A DNA stretch of 64,000 nucleotides from Euglena gracilis (Eukaryota): NCBI GenBank assembly GCA_039621445.1, contig CP154954.1:38115703-38179702 (forward strand), given 5' to 3'. Shown piece after piece: positions 1 to 45,900 of this stretch. The notes under the pieces were generated by a model, which had not been told where the DNA came from, made no database searches, and was given only the letters and a program-made list of their open reading frames with translations. The translations under genes and the position numbers were made by a program. Numbering within the stretch: position 1 is the stretch's first letter; every line of letters starts with the position of its first letter.

Positions 1-2027
1 AGTGGTTTTTTTTTGGTACAGCCAATGGCGGCGCAGGAATTTTTTCCCTTTTTTCGTACTCCCTTGAGGCAAGCCGAAAAGGGAGGAAGGGACACCGAGG
101 GCGAAGCACAATGGCAAAGTGCGGAGCCCGAGGTGTCCAGAAAAAGGGAGACTTTTGAGAAGCCTAAGGTATCGGACTCCCACGACAGAGGAAGGGGGAG
201 GAAGGGACCAAGAGGGCGAAGCACAAGAAGATGCCGGCAAGGAAAGCAGGACCTCACCATCTCGCAGTGCGGAGCCCGAATGGTCAATTTGTGGCCCATT
301 TCTTTGGAACCTCGTGCTCCTCACTTTTTCCTTGTCCCGCAAGGTCTTTGTGCTTCGCCCTCGGTGTCCCTTCCTCACTTGTTGGTTTACCGCGAGGGAG
401 TGCGACTTGCTGAGCCCTTTTCTGGTGCCGTGCATGCCTGTTCCGAGAAGGAACGGAAGAGGAGCCTTTGGTGGAAGCGGCGCCTCGCCCGGGGCGAGGT
501 GCATCATCTCCACCATGGCCTTAACTGCCATTCCCCCCTTTAGAATTAAAAACAAACGCTGCTTTCCCTGGGTGTCCATTCCTCCCTGGCTTTTTTTTTT
601 TCAAACTCCCGCGCTCCCTCCAGGAAAACTGATGCCGAGGGCGAAGCGCAAAATGCCTTTCGAGGTGTCCCTGCTTCTCTTTTTTGTAAGAAAAGAGAAA
701 GGGGGGGTGGACGACCCCCCGTCTTTAAAAAAAATTTTATTCCTTTTTTATTTTTGGTCGCAAACCCCGCATCGGTTTTTTGGCGATTTTTCTTTGTCTG
801 ACCATGCTCAAAAATGATGGGCAATTTTCAGGGTTGAGGAGGTCATTTTGGATTTGGGGATCGGATTTTCACCAACAAATCCCCAACTAATTAACTCCCC
901 TTTGGCTGACCCACGAATCCAAGGGGATTCAGAAGCGATGGGGGGGGGACGGAGGGGAACCAGCGTGCACAACACGTCAATGAATTATGCCAATAAGAGT
1001 TGGTTGGGCAAGGTTTACGCTCGCTCTAAGGGAAGGGAGTGAAACGATGCGGTGCAGCGGTGGTCAGAACCCTGAGCAAAGGAAAACACACACATATTTT
1101 CATTCTGGGCCGGTTGCTGAAAACCTCTGGGCGTCCAAAACCTTGGTGGGGGGGTCTTATTTTGGTTGATTTCTTCACAAACCGGAAATTGCACCATGCA
1201 CACAAATTGCAGTGAACCCCCCGGGGGGGAGTCTCTAGCAGGGCAAGCCAGTGTAATTCTTTCCCCAGCGGCAGGCGCAATTGCTGGAAAATTTGTATCA
1301 CACCCCCAAAAGCCCGCCAAAAATGCCCCTTTTAGCAATTTTTGGATTTTTTGAACAAAATTAGTGGGGGACAAACCGTTAAAAACCCCATTTCCACCTC
1401 GGCGCACAGTGAAGGAGAAAAATTTATTCCAGCGGGGGGGACCCCTGGACCCTCTCCCAAAAATAAAAACTGAGGCGAAACCGGCCGAACTTTGTAATCC
1501 TAATTTGCTCAAAGACCCCAGGCCTCAAGCTCAAGCCTCAAGCCTCAAGCCGGGAAGAAAAAAGCCACTAGCTTGACCCCCCCTGGCGGAGGGGGGGGCA
1601 CAAATAACACGCCGTCCTTTGTCATTTTTGTGCCCGAAAGAATCTAAAAGAAGAAAATTTCAGGGAAATTTTTCTCCCCGCTCAGCGCCACAGTTTTCAT
1701 TTTAAGGGATTGGTATCTTGGGGGCTCTTGTTTCATCTTGGGAGCTCTTGGGGTGCAGTTTTACCTTCATCTGTTCTATTTTGTGATGCGAACTTTCCAA
1801 GGTGCGGTGTTGAAAACTGTGCTGAACATCGATCAGGGTGTACAGTGGGATACACTACTAACAGCTGTCACCGATGCCTGCTAAGCGTTCCGCCTTCCAT
1901 TCCGCTTACACACGTGCTGCAAGGCAGCCAGGCTCTAACGGGGGTGGCGCTGGGCCACTGAGTGATGGAAACATATGCCGGGCAGCGCAGGTCAAGCAAG
2001 ATAGAAGTCCAGAAGTCCTCCGACCCC

Positions 2028-34905
<32,878 letters not shown>

Positions 34906-34940
34906 CACCGGCAGCCGGGCAACGGCTGGGGCGCCGCCAT

Positions 34941-34980
34941 CTATTGGGGTGGGTGGGCTGGGGGGGGGGGGGGGGGGGAA
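34941..34980 (-). promoter_or_regulatory. Candidate splice acceptor (possibly spliced-leader trans-splicing site) upstream of gene 1
   Basis: On the minus strand a C-rich tract ends in CCCCAATAG, 35 nt upstream of the candidate ATGATG. No upstream exon is evident. Confidence 0.4.
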
Positions 34981-35530
34981 CATCCCAGCCAGAGAATGGG
35001 GGCAGTGCTCAAAGCATGGTGGCCAAGCGTCAAACAGAAGAGGCCGAAGCTGCAGGTGCCCGCGCCATCTGTTTCCCCCTGAATACGAACCAGACACACC
35101 GACCCGTTTGGGTGCCCGTAGAAACAAACCTCATCCAGGGACCTGTCCTCGAAAAAAAGCACAAAAATGTACAAAAATATTCAAAAAAAGTGCAAAAAAT
35201 GCGCGGAAATGTGCATTTTTTGAAGAAGAAAAAAAATGTGCAAAAATTTTCAAACCCTGAGAGAAAGGCCCAAAAATCACGAAAATGCAATAATTGCCCC
35301 AAAAAACATGTGAAAAATGGCACCAAATTTGCAAGAATTGTGAGGGAAATGTCTTCAAAAAATGCAAAAATGGTCAAAAATGCAAAAAAAAAGGTTGAAT
35401 CACAAAAAAAATGCACCAAAAAGCAAAAAAAAAACTAAAAAAAAGGAAAAATACACAAAAAAATGAAAAAAAAACGAAAATGTGCATTATTATGAAAAAA
35501 ACTAAAAAAAATGCAAACCTAATGCCAAAC

Positions 35531-38500
35531 TTAGGCGGCGTAAATTGCCCATGAAAAAAATTGACTGAAGTGTCACCCGGAACAGCAGAAAAATGCTCTA
35601 AAAAACAGCCAAAATTTTCGAGTTGCACATCAAGTCAAAAAATTTTGATGGTATTGACCACAGAACAGATGAAGCGGAAAACCGCTTCGATGATTTATGA
35701 ATTTTATTTTTATTTTTAGCAGAAAACTATGGAAATACGAAGCAGCAAAATGTTGTAGAAAATTTACTATTATGGACAAACAACGAATGATAACATCTGT
35801 CTGGCACACAGACAGATACATAATGTGAGCATATATTTCGAAAATACCTGTGTACACCTAACACATAAGTATAACAACGAAAATAAATTAAAATACCTAA
35901 TGAAGCGGAATACCGCTTCATCGACACCCATAGTCGTGATATTACATGAAGTGCAACTGAATCAGAACTAACAGGAATACAATCACATTTATGCTTTACA
36001 GGATAAAACGGAGGAGAGACCACGTTTTGTATTTGTGATTCACTCTACCTGACACGGACGTTGGCTACCGTCGGAGTCGGTTGTTTCTGCGGGCTTCCGG
36101 GGCCGCAAGCGGCGGAAGCAGGCACCCGGCAGCCGCGTGGCTCCCTGCCTTGCACTGCTGGAGACAGAATGGTTCTAGGCCTAGACTGAATGTAGAACTA
36201 ACATTTGAGGTTCGTGATGTACTTGGCAGTTGGGTGGTTGCGTAGTGCGCGGGACAAATGCGTTGGTCCATGAAAAGTAGGTAATGAAGACAAAGCAAGC
36301 GGTTTTACGCTTGGTTTGCAAGTATTTGACAAAACTTCATAAAAAGGGGAGAGGCTGGACCGGGTCCAATTCACTTCCCCGTACCCCTGAACGGTGCCCA
36401 GCCATCAGGGGTTCGGTTACGGCTTTTGCTGGACCGGGCAGGCGATCGCACAGTCCAGGCTCACCAGTCATCTCGGTACATAAACGTAGTGTACGATGAA
36501 CCTTGTATTATGCACTTTGTGGTTCAGTCAAACGTTAAACGGTTAACAACATCGCGTATCGAATTCCAATACTGACAAAGCCAGACAGAATACAACGGCA
36601 GAATGAACAGGAGGCGGTTCCGCTTCCTTTTAATAAGGTGTCCAATATGCTTAGTGTTACTCGCGAGCTAGATAACTGTTTACCGGTTGCATGTACTGTG
36701 AACAGAGTAACAATCGTAATGTTAGCATCTAAATGGAAGAACGCGGATACAGTGGTGGACCGAAGCCAAGATTGGTCCACCGCAACTTGTCGTGCACGTA
36801 TCTCATCCTTTGGCACGACACTTGCACTGAGTTCATCGAGTCCATGAGAAGTCCTCTGCAAACATGACCTTGGCGGAGTTTTTACACCCAAAGTTATGAT
36901 GGAAGACAGTTCCTTAGGCGGCCTAACTCGCACTTAGCTTTGAAATGACTGTAAATTTGCGCCGATGCGCAAATCCAAAAAAAAAGTTTGGTTTTCGAAC
37001 ACCGTGGCCTGAGACTCAGGACAGTCTGAAAACAGTGTCTCCCTGCACCCCAGGGCCTGGGGACGACAGCAACGACCTGGAACTTCACGGTCTACGGGCA
37101 CAGCGTTCCCGGGGTCCAGTGTGCATGAACACACAGCGCCGGGCGATGACACGAGGGGATTCCATTGCACATTTGCTCTTTGGCGCAAATTTTAATTTCA
37201 TTACCAAAAAAACATTTGCGCTTTGGCGCAAATTTTTGACTTTTTTGTAATTCAACATGTGGGTGACCATTGCCGCACTTGGGCAATGATAACAACGTTT
37301 GCGTCAACATGTGTTTCCATTTGCGCCAAAGCGCAGTGGGCAGGCTCATGAAATATGGAAATTTAAGAGTTACCTTGCGCCAAAGCGCAAATAGAAATAC
37401 AATTTTTAAAATTGCAAAAGCAACATGGCTTGCGCCGAAGCGCAAACATAAACACTTGAAACTTATCTCACAATGGAGGGAGAGAACGGCCCAGGCAGAG
37501 TGTGAACACCAGAGGTGATAGAGCACAAAAATGAAGGACAGGGGGATGGAAACCTACTCTCAGTCTCGAACTTTGGCGGTGTTCATGATGGAGACCAAGC
37601 ATATGAAGGTATAATGTGAGCTTGTGTTATGTTGCTGTTGAAGCGGAAAAGCGCTTCGCATGCATTATGAGAGGTGAGTTATACAAACGTTTTACTTTGC
37701 ATGCATATGACAATTGCAATTGAGATTGACAATCAGTATTGTTTGTGCCGTCTTCACGTAGACCCCATCCAGATCACCCTGCAGGGAATGCACCAGGGCC
37801 CGGGTTGCACTTGTATGTCACTTTCTGGGTGAGGTTACATGCAATGATTTAATCTAAATGTTTTTGAATGTTTTTGAATGTTTTTGTTTTTAATCTAATG
37901 TTTTTGAATATGTCCAGTTTGGTAGGCTAAATACAAAGATGTGTGATGCTTGAAAATGCTCATTTCCTTTGTGACGTGTTACTTGGTGTCCCCAAATGTG
38001 TCCCGGTGCAGCCGACGTTGCCCACCTCGTTCCTGTGGAGGTCGTCTGGTGGTTCCTCCGGCGGTTGGAGGTGGCCACCGCCGACTGGGTGATTGTGATG
38101 AGCTCCCGGGCGGTGTTGACCGCCCAGCTGGCCGTGCGGGCCGGGAGTGCCATCAACCTGCTGTGGGGCATCCCGACCCTCCAGTCGGGAGACGCGGAGG
38201 TGCAGCAGCGCTGCCTGGACGACGTCGGCCGGGAGGTCCGGGTGGCCGACGGGCTGCCCCCAGTGGTCTGGGTTCAGGATGGCACATGATTTCTTTCACG
38301 TGTTGTCCCCGAACGTGAAATTTGTTTTGTGGTTTCATTACATCCTTATGATGTGTCATGGCAACAATCAAATTCCATTCAGTGTTTTGCTTTTGTTTCT
38401 CTTTTGATCATCAAAAATGAAGCGTAAAACCGCTTCAAATGATTTTCCTTCACATCCGCTTCAAATGATATTCGTTCCGAGTTAAAGCGTTCCAAATCCA

Positions 38501-40213
38501 TTTCGCCTGTGCATTGCCCTGTGGCCAAGGACGTCCACCTGAGGATCGTCCACCACGTGGCCCTGAACGTCTCTGGCTTCATCCTGGAGGGGACGGAGAC
38601 CACCCCCACAGCGGCCGACGCAGGGGGAGCCCCCGGCCAAGCAGGGCGGCCGGGACCCGAAGGAGTCCAAGTCCAAGGAGACCAAAGAGTCCCAGGACAA
38701 GCCCAAGGAGAAGGAGTCCAAGGACAAGCCCGACAAGAAGACCAAAGACACACCCAAGAACGGCACTCGGGGGAAGCAGTTCCGCCTCCTCGCAGCCTGC
38801 CCGGCACTCCTACGAGTCGTCCCCGGAACCGCCTGAGTGCCCGACACACAGGGAGAGGCCCAATGGTGCATTTGCTATAATGTCTCTTTCATTATGTCAT
38901 GTTTCAGGTTACCAGTAATTTAATATTTATCTCAGATGAAGCGTTTTTCCGCTTCCTTGAAAAAATCTCAATAATTCTTCCACTATTTGATGTGTGTTCG
39001 CATTCTGCTGTAAATGGTTTGCATCAACGTTCAAAACAAAAGCATCTTGTCGTAACTACGGTTATCTGTGTGTTATGTCTCCGGTCTGCGCCGCCCCTGA
39101 TGCCGAGGAAGCGGTCCGCCCTGGAGAACATCCAGGAGATGGTGGTGGACGACGAGTGAGCGGGCGGCTGCGGCGGCCGCGGTGGCAGCGGGCGGCTGGT
39201 GCCGCCGGCGAGGGAGGGACAAGCGAGACCCAGACCCAGACCAGACCCAGACCAAGACCCAGAACCGGTCCTCAACCATTCACACAGCTTCGCACACCGC
39301 ACACGCCCATTTCGCCGTGTCTTCCATTTGTGTTTGTCTTTGGCATGGCTGTGGAACTTGGGGCTTTGGGGGGTTGTCGGATCTGTCACCTTTGTGTAAG
39401 AATAAGATGATAAATCCACAAAACGCTCAGTTCATGCCTCAGCTTTGGAATACAATACAGCTTTTCAATAATGTTCGATGAGGTATTGACGTTTGTTGGG
39501 TATTTCATGTTTGGGGTTATGCTGATACACTCTCCATTCAGATGGTTCAGTTTTGTTCGCACTCAAATGGACTCAGTTTGGGAGCCTGACCTGCATAAAA
39601 TTTCTGCACTCCAGCTTGAGGAAGCGGAAAACCGCTTCTTCGTTTTTCTGTTTGTTTTCAAAGGTTTTCCCTCCCTGCCCACTCCTTATGGCTGAGTACC
39701 TGAAGCGTGGACACATATAATACAGGTCTGTATTGTTCCTTGTCTTGGATTTGCATTCCATTTATGGTGTTTGTAAAATCTTCTGTGGATCATGTTTGTT
39801 AAACTGATGACAATTGTTCACTGCTGATTACGTTTTATTCATTATACCTTTTGAAATGATGAACAATGGTATGTCTGGAATGATTGCTGACTGCCTGATT
39901 TTGAAGCGGAATGACATTTTTACCGCTTCATGCTTTTCTCCTTTCTGTTTTTCCCCCTTTTCAGGGGGTTTCAGGCGGTGGCATCGAATATCAGGTGTGA
40001 ATCTGCTCATTCTGTGTGGGTTTGTAATTCTTGTACGGTTTTCGTTCGTTTGCACATGATTTGAAAAAAAATTTTCGGGTCTGTTTTGGAGTTTATAGGA
40101 CTCCGAGTGCACCTTCCAGAAACCTCAAAAAAATGGGCCTTTTTGGAAGCGGTTTTCTGCTTCCTTTTCCGTTTCGGACGGGTCAGAAATTTTGGGTAAT
40201 TTACGTCTCCTAA
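35531..40213. mobile_element. 4.7-kb TIR DNA element with passenger gene and internal hairpin array
   Basis: Left TTAGGCGGCGTAAATTGCCCA vs right rc TTAGGAGACGTAAATTACCCA (18/21). Direct repeat gccaaac at 35524-35530 and 40214-40220. Confidence 0.8.
37750..39159 (+). CDS. Spliced passenger gene of unknown function (3' part), with a Lys/Glu-rich region and PRKRS basic motif; two apparent +1 frameshifts in G5 runs
   Basis: GC3-rich exons at ~38010-38257, 38522-38820 and 39089-39159 join through stem-paired introns 38258-38521 and 38821-39088: ...VRVADGL|LAKDVHLRIV...KESKSKETKESQDKPKEK...SYES|SPPLMPRKRSALENIQEMVVDDE*. Confidence 0.55.
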
Positions 40214-40815
40214 GCCAAACGCTTCGCCCCCCTCTCCTTATCCAAGGTTTACTTCCTTTCAGCCATTTTCTTAGGAAGTTGATGGGTTGTGCACATCAAT
40301 CGTGTCAGTCCTTTTTGACTTGCTCTTTTCTCTTTGACCCAAACTTGTGGGCAAAAATGGAGCCACCATAAACCCACGCCCAAAGGTCTTGGATAGCTGG
40401 CATATGTTCAATTGAACGTCTTCAAAAGGCACAACAGCACATTGACTAATTTTCAGTGCCAATTCATCAGCCCCCCCCCCATTTATAACCCCCCCTTGGG
40501 CCAGCCAACCGAAGCACTACTTGACACCTTGGAAAAGAAAAACGAAAACGGTCACAGACAGTTTGTTTGCCCTCAAACCCCACAAATGTGAAATCAAAAT
40601 GTTTTTCACAGTTTTAATGTCCCGGCCGTCATAAAATATTTTACCAAATGTGCCAGAATGGGTGATTTGGGGGCATTCTGGAACATTTTGGGGAGTTTCC
40701 AACGACTCCTTGATTTACACCGCCCCACTTATAACCCCCTCCCCTTCGGCTGACCAAACCAAAACACAAACCCCCCGAAATTTAAAAGTGTGGGGATTTA
40801 ATAGTTTGAACAATG

Positions 40816-42540
40816 TCTGAATTCATGGAAAAGACGACTCTGGAAAGTCATTGCATTGGTGGTGTTGGGGATCCGACCGGGCCACTGTGCCAAAGCCACC
40901 ACCCCAAGTGTGCCGAGACACAGGGTCATTTAGCGCCTTCCTGTCTGTCTCGCAGTGGGCCTGAATACAGGTGGGTCGGGTATCGGTTACAGTCTGGTTG
41001 GTAGGTGGGGGGGATGGTCACCCCCCCAAAATATCCAGGAGGTGGGAAGATGGATCCCAGGCGTATATGAAGCCGAAGGGCCTCCCCACCAAGGGGGGAG
41101 CAGCCAGCCAGCAGCCTGTTTCTAGTCCTGGACCTCCCTCCCCCATCGACGAATTTCATTTCCAGTCCAGCCCCCCTTTGTGCGGCTGGACAGTGCTTTA
41201 GATGGCTGGACAGATTTATTTTTGCTCTGGAGGTGCAACGATGGGCCAACACTGGGCAAAAATGGGTCGGAAATGGGTTGCCCAGCTCAAAGTTGGGGTC
41301 GTAAATCGATTTTTTGCATAGCTGCCAAGCATTTTTTGCAGTTTCAATTTTTGCCATATGGTTCGACCCCCAGTCGCTTCCACTTCTAGCCACACCCCTA
41401 CTGAGCTACTGGGGAGGGCAGCCAAGGGCCTTGTGGGGAGGGGAGTTGGCACCGGGTCGCGGGGGGGGGGGGTCGCGGGGGAAACACCCCCTGAACAGAG
41501 TACACAGAGAGTGGTTGTACCTGGCAAAAGACCGATCATCCGTGTGAAGATAATACGCTGTTTTTTTTGGGGGGGGGACTGAGAATGATGGATCCTAATT
41601 TCAAAAGACGTGTTCTTGAACAAAAACGTACAGGGGATTGAACCCGGAGCTCCCAGTGGGTGCATAGGCCACATGTTTTGTACATATTTCAACCATGACA
41701 TCCCTGAACTGGACAGGGGTAACTGATCTGGCTGCACATACATCACTGGTTGTGGGATCTGACCAACCTCCTGATGGGAGGGGAACACCACCTCTGATCC
41801 CCAGGGTATGCCACCCCTGGTGGCAGTGAAGAAGAAGCTGCAGCTCCTGACTGTTGGGAGGTGTCTGTACCCCCACCCCCCCCCCTTTTTAGAGGTTATG
41901 AAAATAGCAATAAGCACGTTTTGGGATGTTTTGGTGTTTTCCATACGAAAAAACATGGTGAAACTTCAAGAAATGAGCATTGAAGAGTTATTTCCAAAGA
42001 GAAAATCACGGATTTTCCAACCATTTTGCCTTGGTATCTGGCCCTTTGCTTGTGCACACAACCAGAAACTTTCCCGGCCCTGTACCGAGGAGGAGGGTCC
42101 AAGCCCCATCAGGGCTTCCATATGTCCCCCCAGCAACATCATCACATTGTTGGGGACCCCTCCCACAGCAGGAGGTTCCCGAGGGCACAACTATCCCCCC
42201 GCAACAGTTGGAACTCCCCTGGAGCGTGGATACAAAAACATGATTCACATCGGGGAAGGTGAGCCCAGAGTCAGATGTAAAAAAAAAGATACCAGTTGTA
42301 TGTAACATCGCAGACAGTGAGGGAGGGAAGGAGGGGTGTGCCATAAAGTGCCCAAAGGCACTGATGCCCGTGCAGGCGGCAACCGTATTGGCGAATTATA
42401 TTCACAGCACCTTGCAATGTGGTTGGAGGGTAAAAGGGTTTGCTCAAGAATACTGGTCACCAGAACAGACTGCGGCTGGGAAAGGTTGCCCTGATGCGCA
42501 AAGAGCGAAGGAGATTTGGAGGCCGGAAATTACCAAATAA
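40816..42540 (+). mobile_element. Possible decayed non-LTR retrotransposon 3' fragment
   Basis: Broken, GC-neutral reading frames end directly at a long (TATG)n tail. No RT motif recognised. Confidence 0.25.
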
Positions 42541-42557
42541 TATGTGTGTGTGTCTAT

Positions 42558-42566
42558 TTATATATA

Positions 42567-42602
<36 letters not shown>

Positions 42603-42875
42603 TGTATGTATGTATGTATGTATGTATGTATGTATGTATGTATGTATGTATGTATGTATGTATGTATGTATGTATGTATGTATGTATGTATGTATGTATG
42701 TATGTATGTATGTATGTATGTATGTATGTATGTATGTATGTATGTATGTCTGTATGTATGTCTGTATGTCTGTATGTATGTCTGTATGTATGTATGTATG
42801 TATGTATGTATGTATGTATGTATGTATGTATGTATATATATATATATATACGTGTGTGTGTGTGTGTGCGTGTGT
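42558..42875. repeat. (TA)n-(TATG)n-(TA)n-(TG)n microsatellite
   Basis: Direct reading. Confidence 0.95.
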
Positions 42876-42999
42876 GTTTGCTTGTGTGTGTGCCTTTGGT
42901 GCATGTATTCATATATGTGTGTATATAATAATATAATATATAATTGACATAATCATTGCCGTCTGCACCCTTTTTGGATGCCACAGTCATCAGCAATCA

Positions 43000-45900
43000 C
43001 TTTGGGACTCCACCACAGAACCGCCCTCCCACCACCCCACGCCGCATGTGCACCAAAGCAGTCTTCCCACCGGCAAAGGGGTGGGAGAAGGAGGCAGGGA
43101 GCAGGGCCAAAGGGGGGTCAGGGGGAGAGGAAGGGGTGGGCGTCGCCCTCGTGGGGCACGCCCCGCTTGTGCCCGGCGGCAGGGCTGGGGACAGGGCATG
43201 AAGTGAGAGGGGGGGAGAGGAGGGGGGGGACCCGGACCCTTCCATGGGGGGGTCGGACAGCGCCAGGCCTTAAACCAGACAGAAGCCGAAATGCATCTAA
43301 GGGGGGTCAGACCCCCCCTCTCCCCTGTGCAAAACCAACGATCACTTAATATCCTGGCTAGGGAGGGGGCTCGGCCGTGGTGCGCCGTATGCCCGGCCGG
43401 GGGTGAGCGGCGGGCGGGGTGGCTCGCGCACCGACAGGGCGAGCTCCATGCCGCTCAACAGGAGGGACAGCTGCTCTCCCCTCTGCGGGGAGGTGGGGGG
43501 GGGGGAGGGAGGTCGGGTCGACTGACTCAGGGACGGGTGTGAAGATTGCGGGGCTTCCGTGCCATCAGCACACAAATGGGTCGGCGGGAGGAGGGTCCGT
43601 GGCCTGGCATCAGACCCATCCGTTGAAAAACTGCACAAGCTTAATTCAAGAAAGTAACAAGGTTGAGAAGAATGACCATTTCATTTCATTGCATCAGCTG
43701 GGTGATCAAAAAAAACATCAACCCCCCCCGGGAAGCTGTCCTCTAGTCACCTGTCTCCATGGGGACCTGTCACCAGCCTCGATACTCGCTGACTTGTATG
43801 GTGACAGTTTCAGTTTCCCGGCAGGGGATAGCTCGGGAAGTTTTGCCTTTTTTTCAGCAAAAAAATGCGAAGAGTGTCAAAGAGACAGGTCAGCAGGTAC
43901 TAAGGTAGGAGACAGGTCCCTGTGAAGACAGCAGGTACAGAGGGTAGAGGACAGTTTCCCGGGGGTGGTGGGAGCCATGCCCGAGAACCTGCCAGGGTGC
44001 TGCCCGGAAGCAGGGATGGGATACCCGCTGTCTGGTGGCACTGTCCTTGCTGCTGGTACTGCGGGAGCTGAGCGGGGGCTGGCTGAACGGCCGCTGCGGA
44101 GAGGCGAACCGGACCGGCTGCCAAGCAGCACTCCTCAAAGGTCAGCTCAATGCGCCATGACAACTCGCAAAGCCGGCCGGCTGGAAAAAAGGTGCTGGCT
44201 GGACCCCCCCAAGGGGGTGGGGGTCCAGGGAGGTGGTTTGAACCCGGCTGGGACCCAAAAACGGGCAAAACAGCCCAAATCCAGCTGGGATGCATTTTTT
44301 CAGCTGAATTTTTGGGTGAAAACCCCCGAAAATGCCAAAAAATGACCATTTGTTTGGCCATTTTTGAACCACTTTTTTTTGCACCAAAAACTGTTTTGGT
44401 CGAGCCCAGCTTTGCCCAGCTGCGAAAAAATTTATAACTTTTCTTACCGCTTGACCCTGGGGTGGGGTCTGCAGCCTGGCTGGGAGGTGCTGGCTGGACC
44501 CCCCCCCCCCCGGGAGAAGGGTGGCAGCAGCAAGATTATACTTGCCCCCCCCAGGCTGGGGCGCCAAATAAAATCTCTGGGGGAGTCCAAAATTTCTTTT
44601 GCAGATTTATTGATGGAGTAGGGTTGGGGTTAGGAGTTCGGCCTGACTTTAAGCCTAACACCTAACCACCTAACACAATCTATAAGTTGGACCAAAAGTT
44701 GGGCCTAACTCCTAACCCTAACCCTATTTCATCAATAAAACAAAAAAAATTGACCCCCCTGGAGATTTTACTTATTTCAAGGAAAAGGCACAAAAACAAT
44801 TGGACACAAAAAAAACAAAAAGAAAAGTATTTGAATCCCCCACACTAGAAATATCAGAACTTATGACATTAAAGGAAATGCATGTTCACACAAAAAAAAT
44901 AGTATAGTGACTACATAAAGCGGAGACCAGGTGCTCCATCCGACATTATCAATAATGCTTCAATTTATACTGAAGCATTATTAAACATCCTGGGGAGGGA
45001 TTTAATTGTTCTGTTATCACTTGAAGTCCGAGTATATAATTTTGTGACACATGGCTCCATTTGTCCTTGCATGCAAAAATACACATAAAATGCTGTATTG
45101 TGCAGTGCTTTTCGTCATTTGAGATAAAAAAAAGGGGGCCAATTTTCAATCAATCAACATGGTTTCACCTTCAGATCCCAAATAGTGTACCCGGGGGTAA
45201 ATTATTTGGAGGGGTTGCTATTTCGCTATACCCTCACCCACGCGTGCCCCTTCCACAAATCAGAGTGGCTAGTGGATGGACTCGTCGGTTGCTGCCAATG
45301 GGCCATCACAGCAAGTCGCCCCCTTGGACCAAACCAGTGATACCGGGCCACCGGGGAAGGGGAGGCTGCACACGTGCAAGGCGCGGCCGCTGGAGTCGGA
45401 GGCTCCACTGCGGGCGCTCAGCAGAGGCTCAATATGAATGGGGGGCACCGGGGGCCCCGCATCGCCGGCAGGGTTGCTTGCCCTCGGCTGGATGGACAGC
45501 CGGTGGGAAGGGGGACGGCCGCCAGGACGTCAGGGAAAGGAAAGCAGGGAAAGAACCGGGGGAGAAAGGGGAAGCACCGTGGACATTTTTTTTTAAAAAA
45601 AGACCAGGTGAAGAGTTGGTGTAGTCTCCCACCCACCCACCCAAACAGGTGGGTGGGGGCTCATTTCGACCTTTGGGGCCATTTTGGAGTCCAGAAGGCA
45701 CGAAGCAACCTCCTGAAGGGGAGGTCCGATACTGGGTCCGATACTGTGCACACTCAATATGTGTGAAAAATGTTTGCAAGAAGCAGGTTTGCAAAAATGC
45801 TGGACTTCATCAGTATTTGTTTCAAATTCCTGGAGTTCCGGAATTCCAGACTGGGCTGGCCCAGTCTGAAACGTTTGACATAATCAGCATTGAAAACAAA

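Noticed and set aside
36535-36933. 132-aa minus-strand ORF as transposase
   Set aside because: No DDE or zinc-finger motif and no host-like codon bias.
35671-40163. CRISPR-like array suggested by repeated palindromes
   Set aside because: Spacing is 230-1030 bp and irregular, orientation is mixed, the context is eukaryotic and there are no cas genes.
44619-44728. True telomere or telomere fusion
   Set aside because: Only 2-3 degenerate hexamers per arm, inside a longer inverted repeat.
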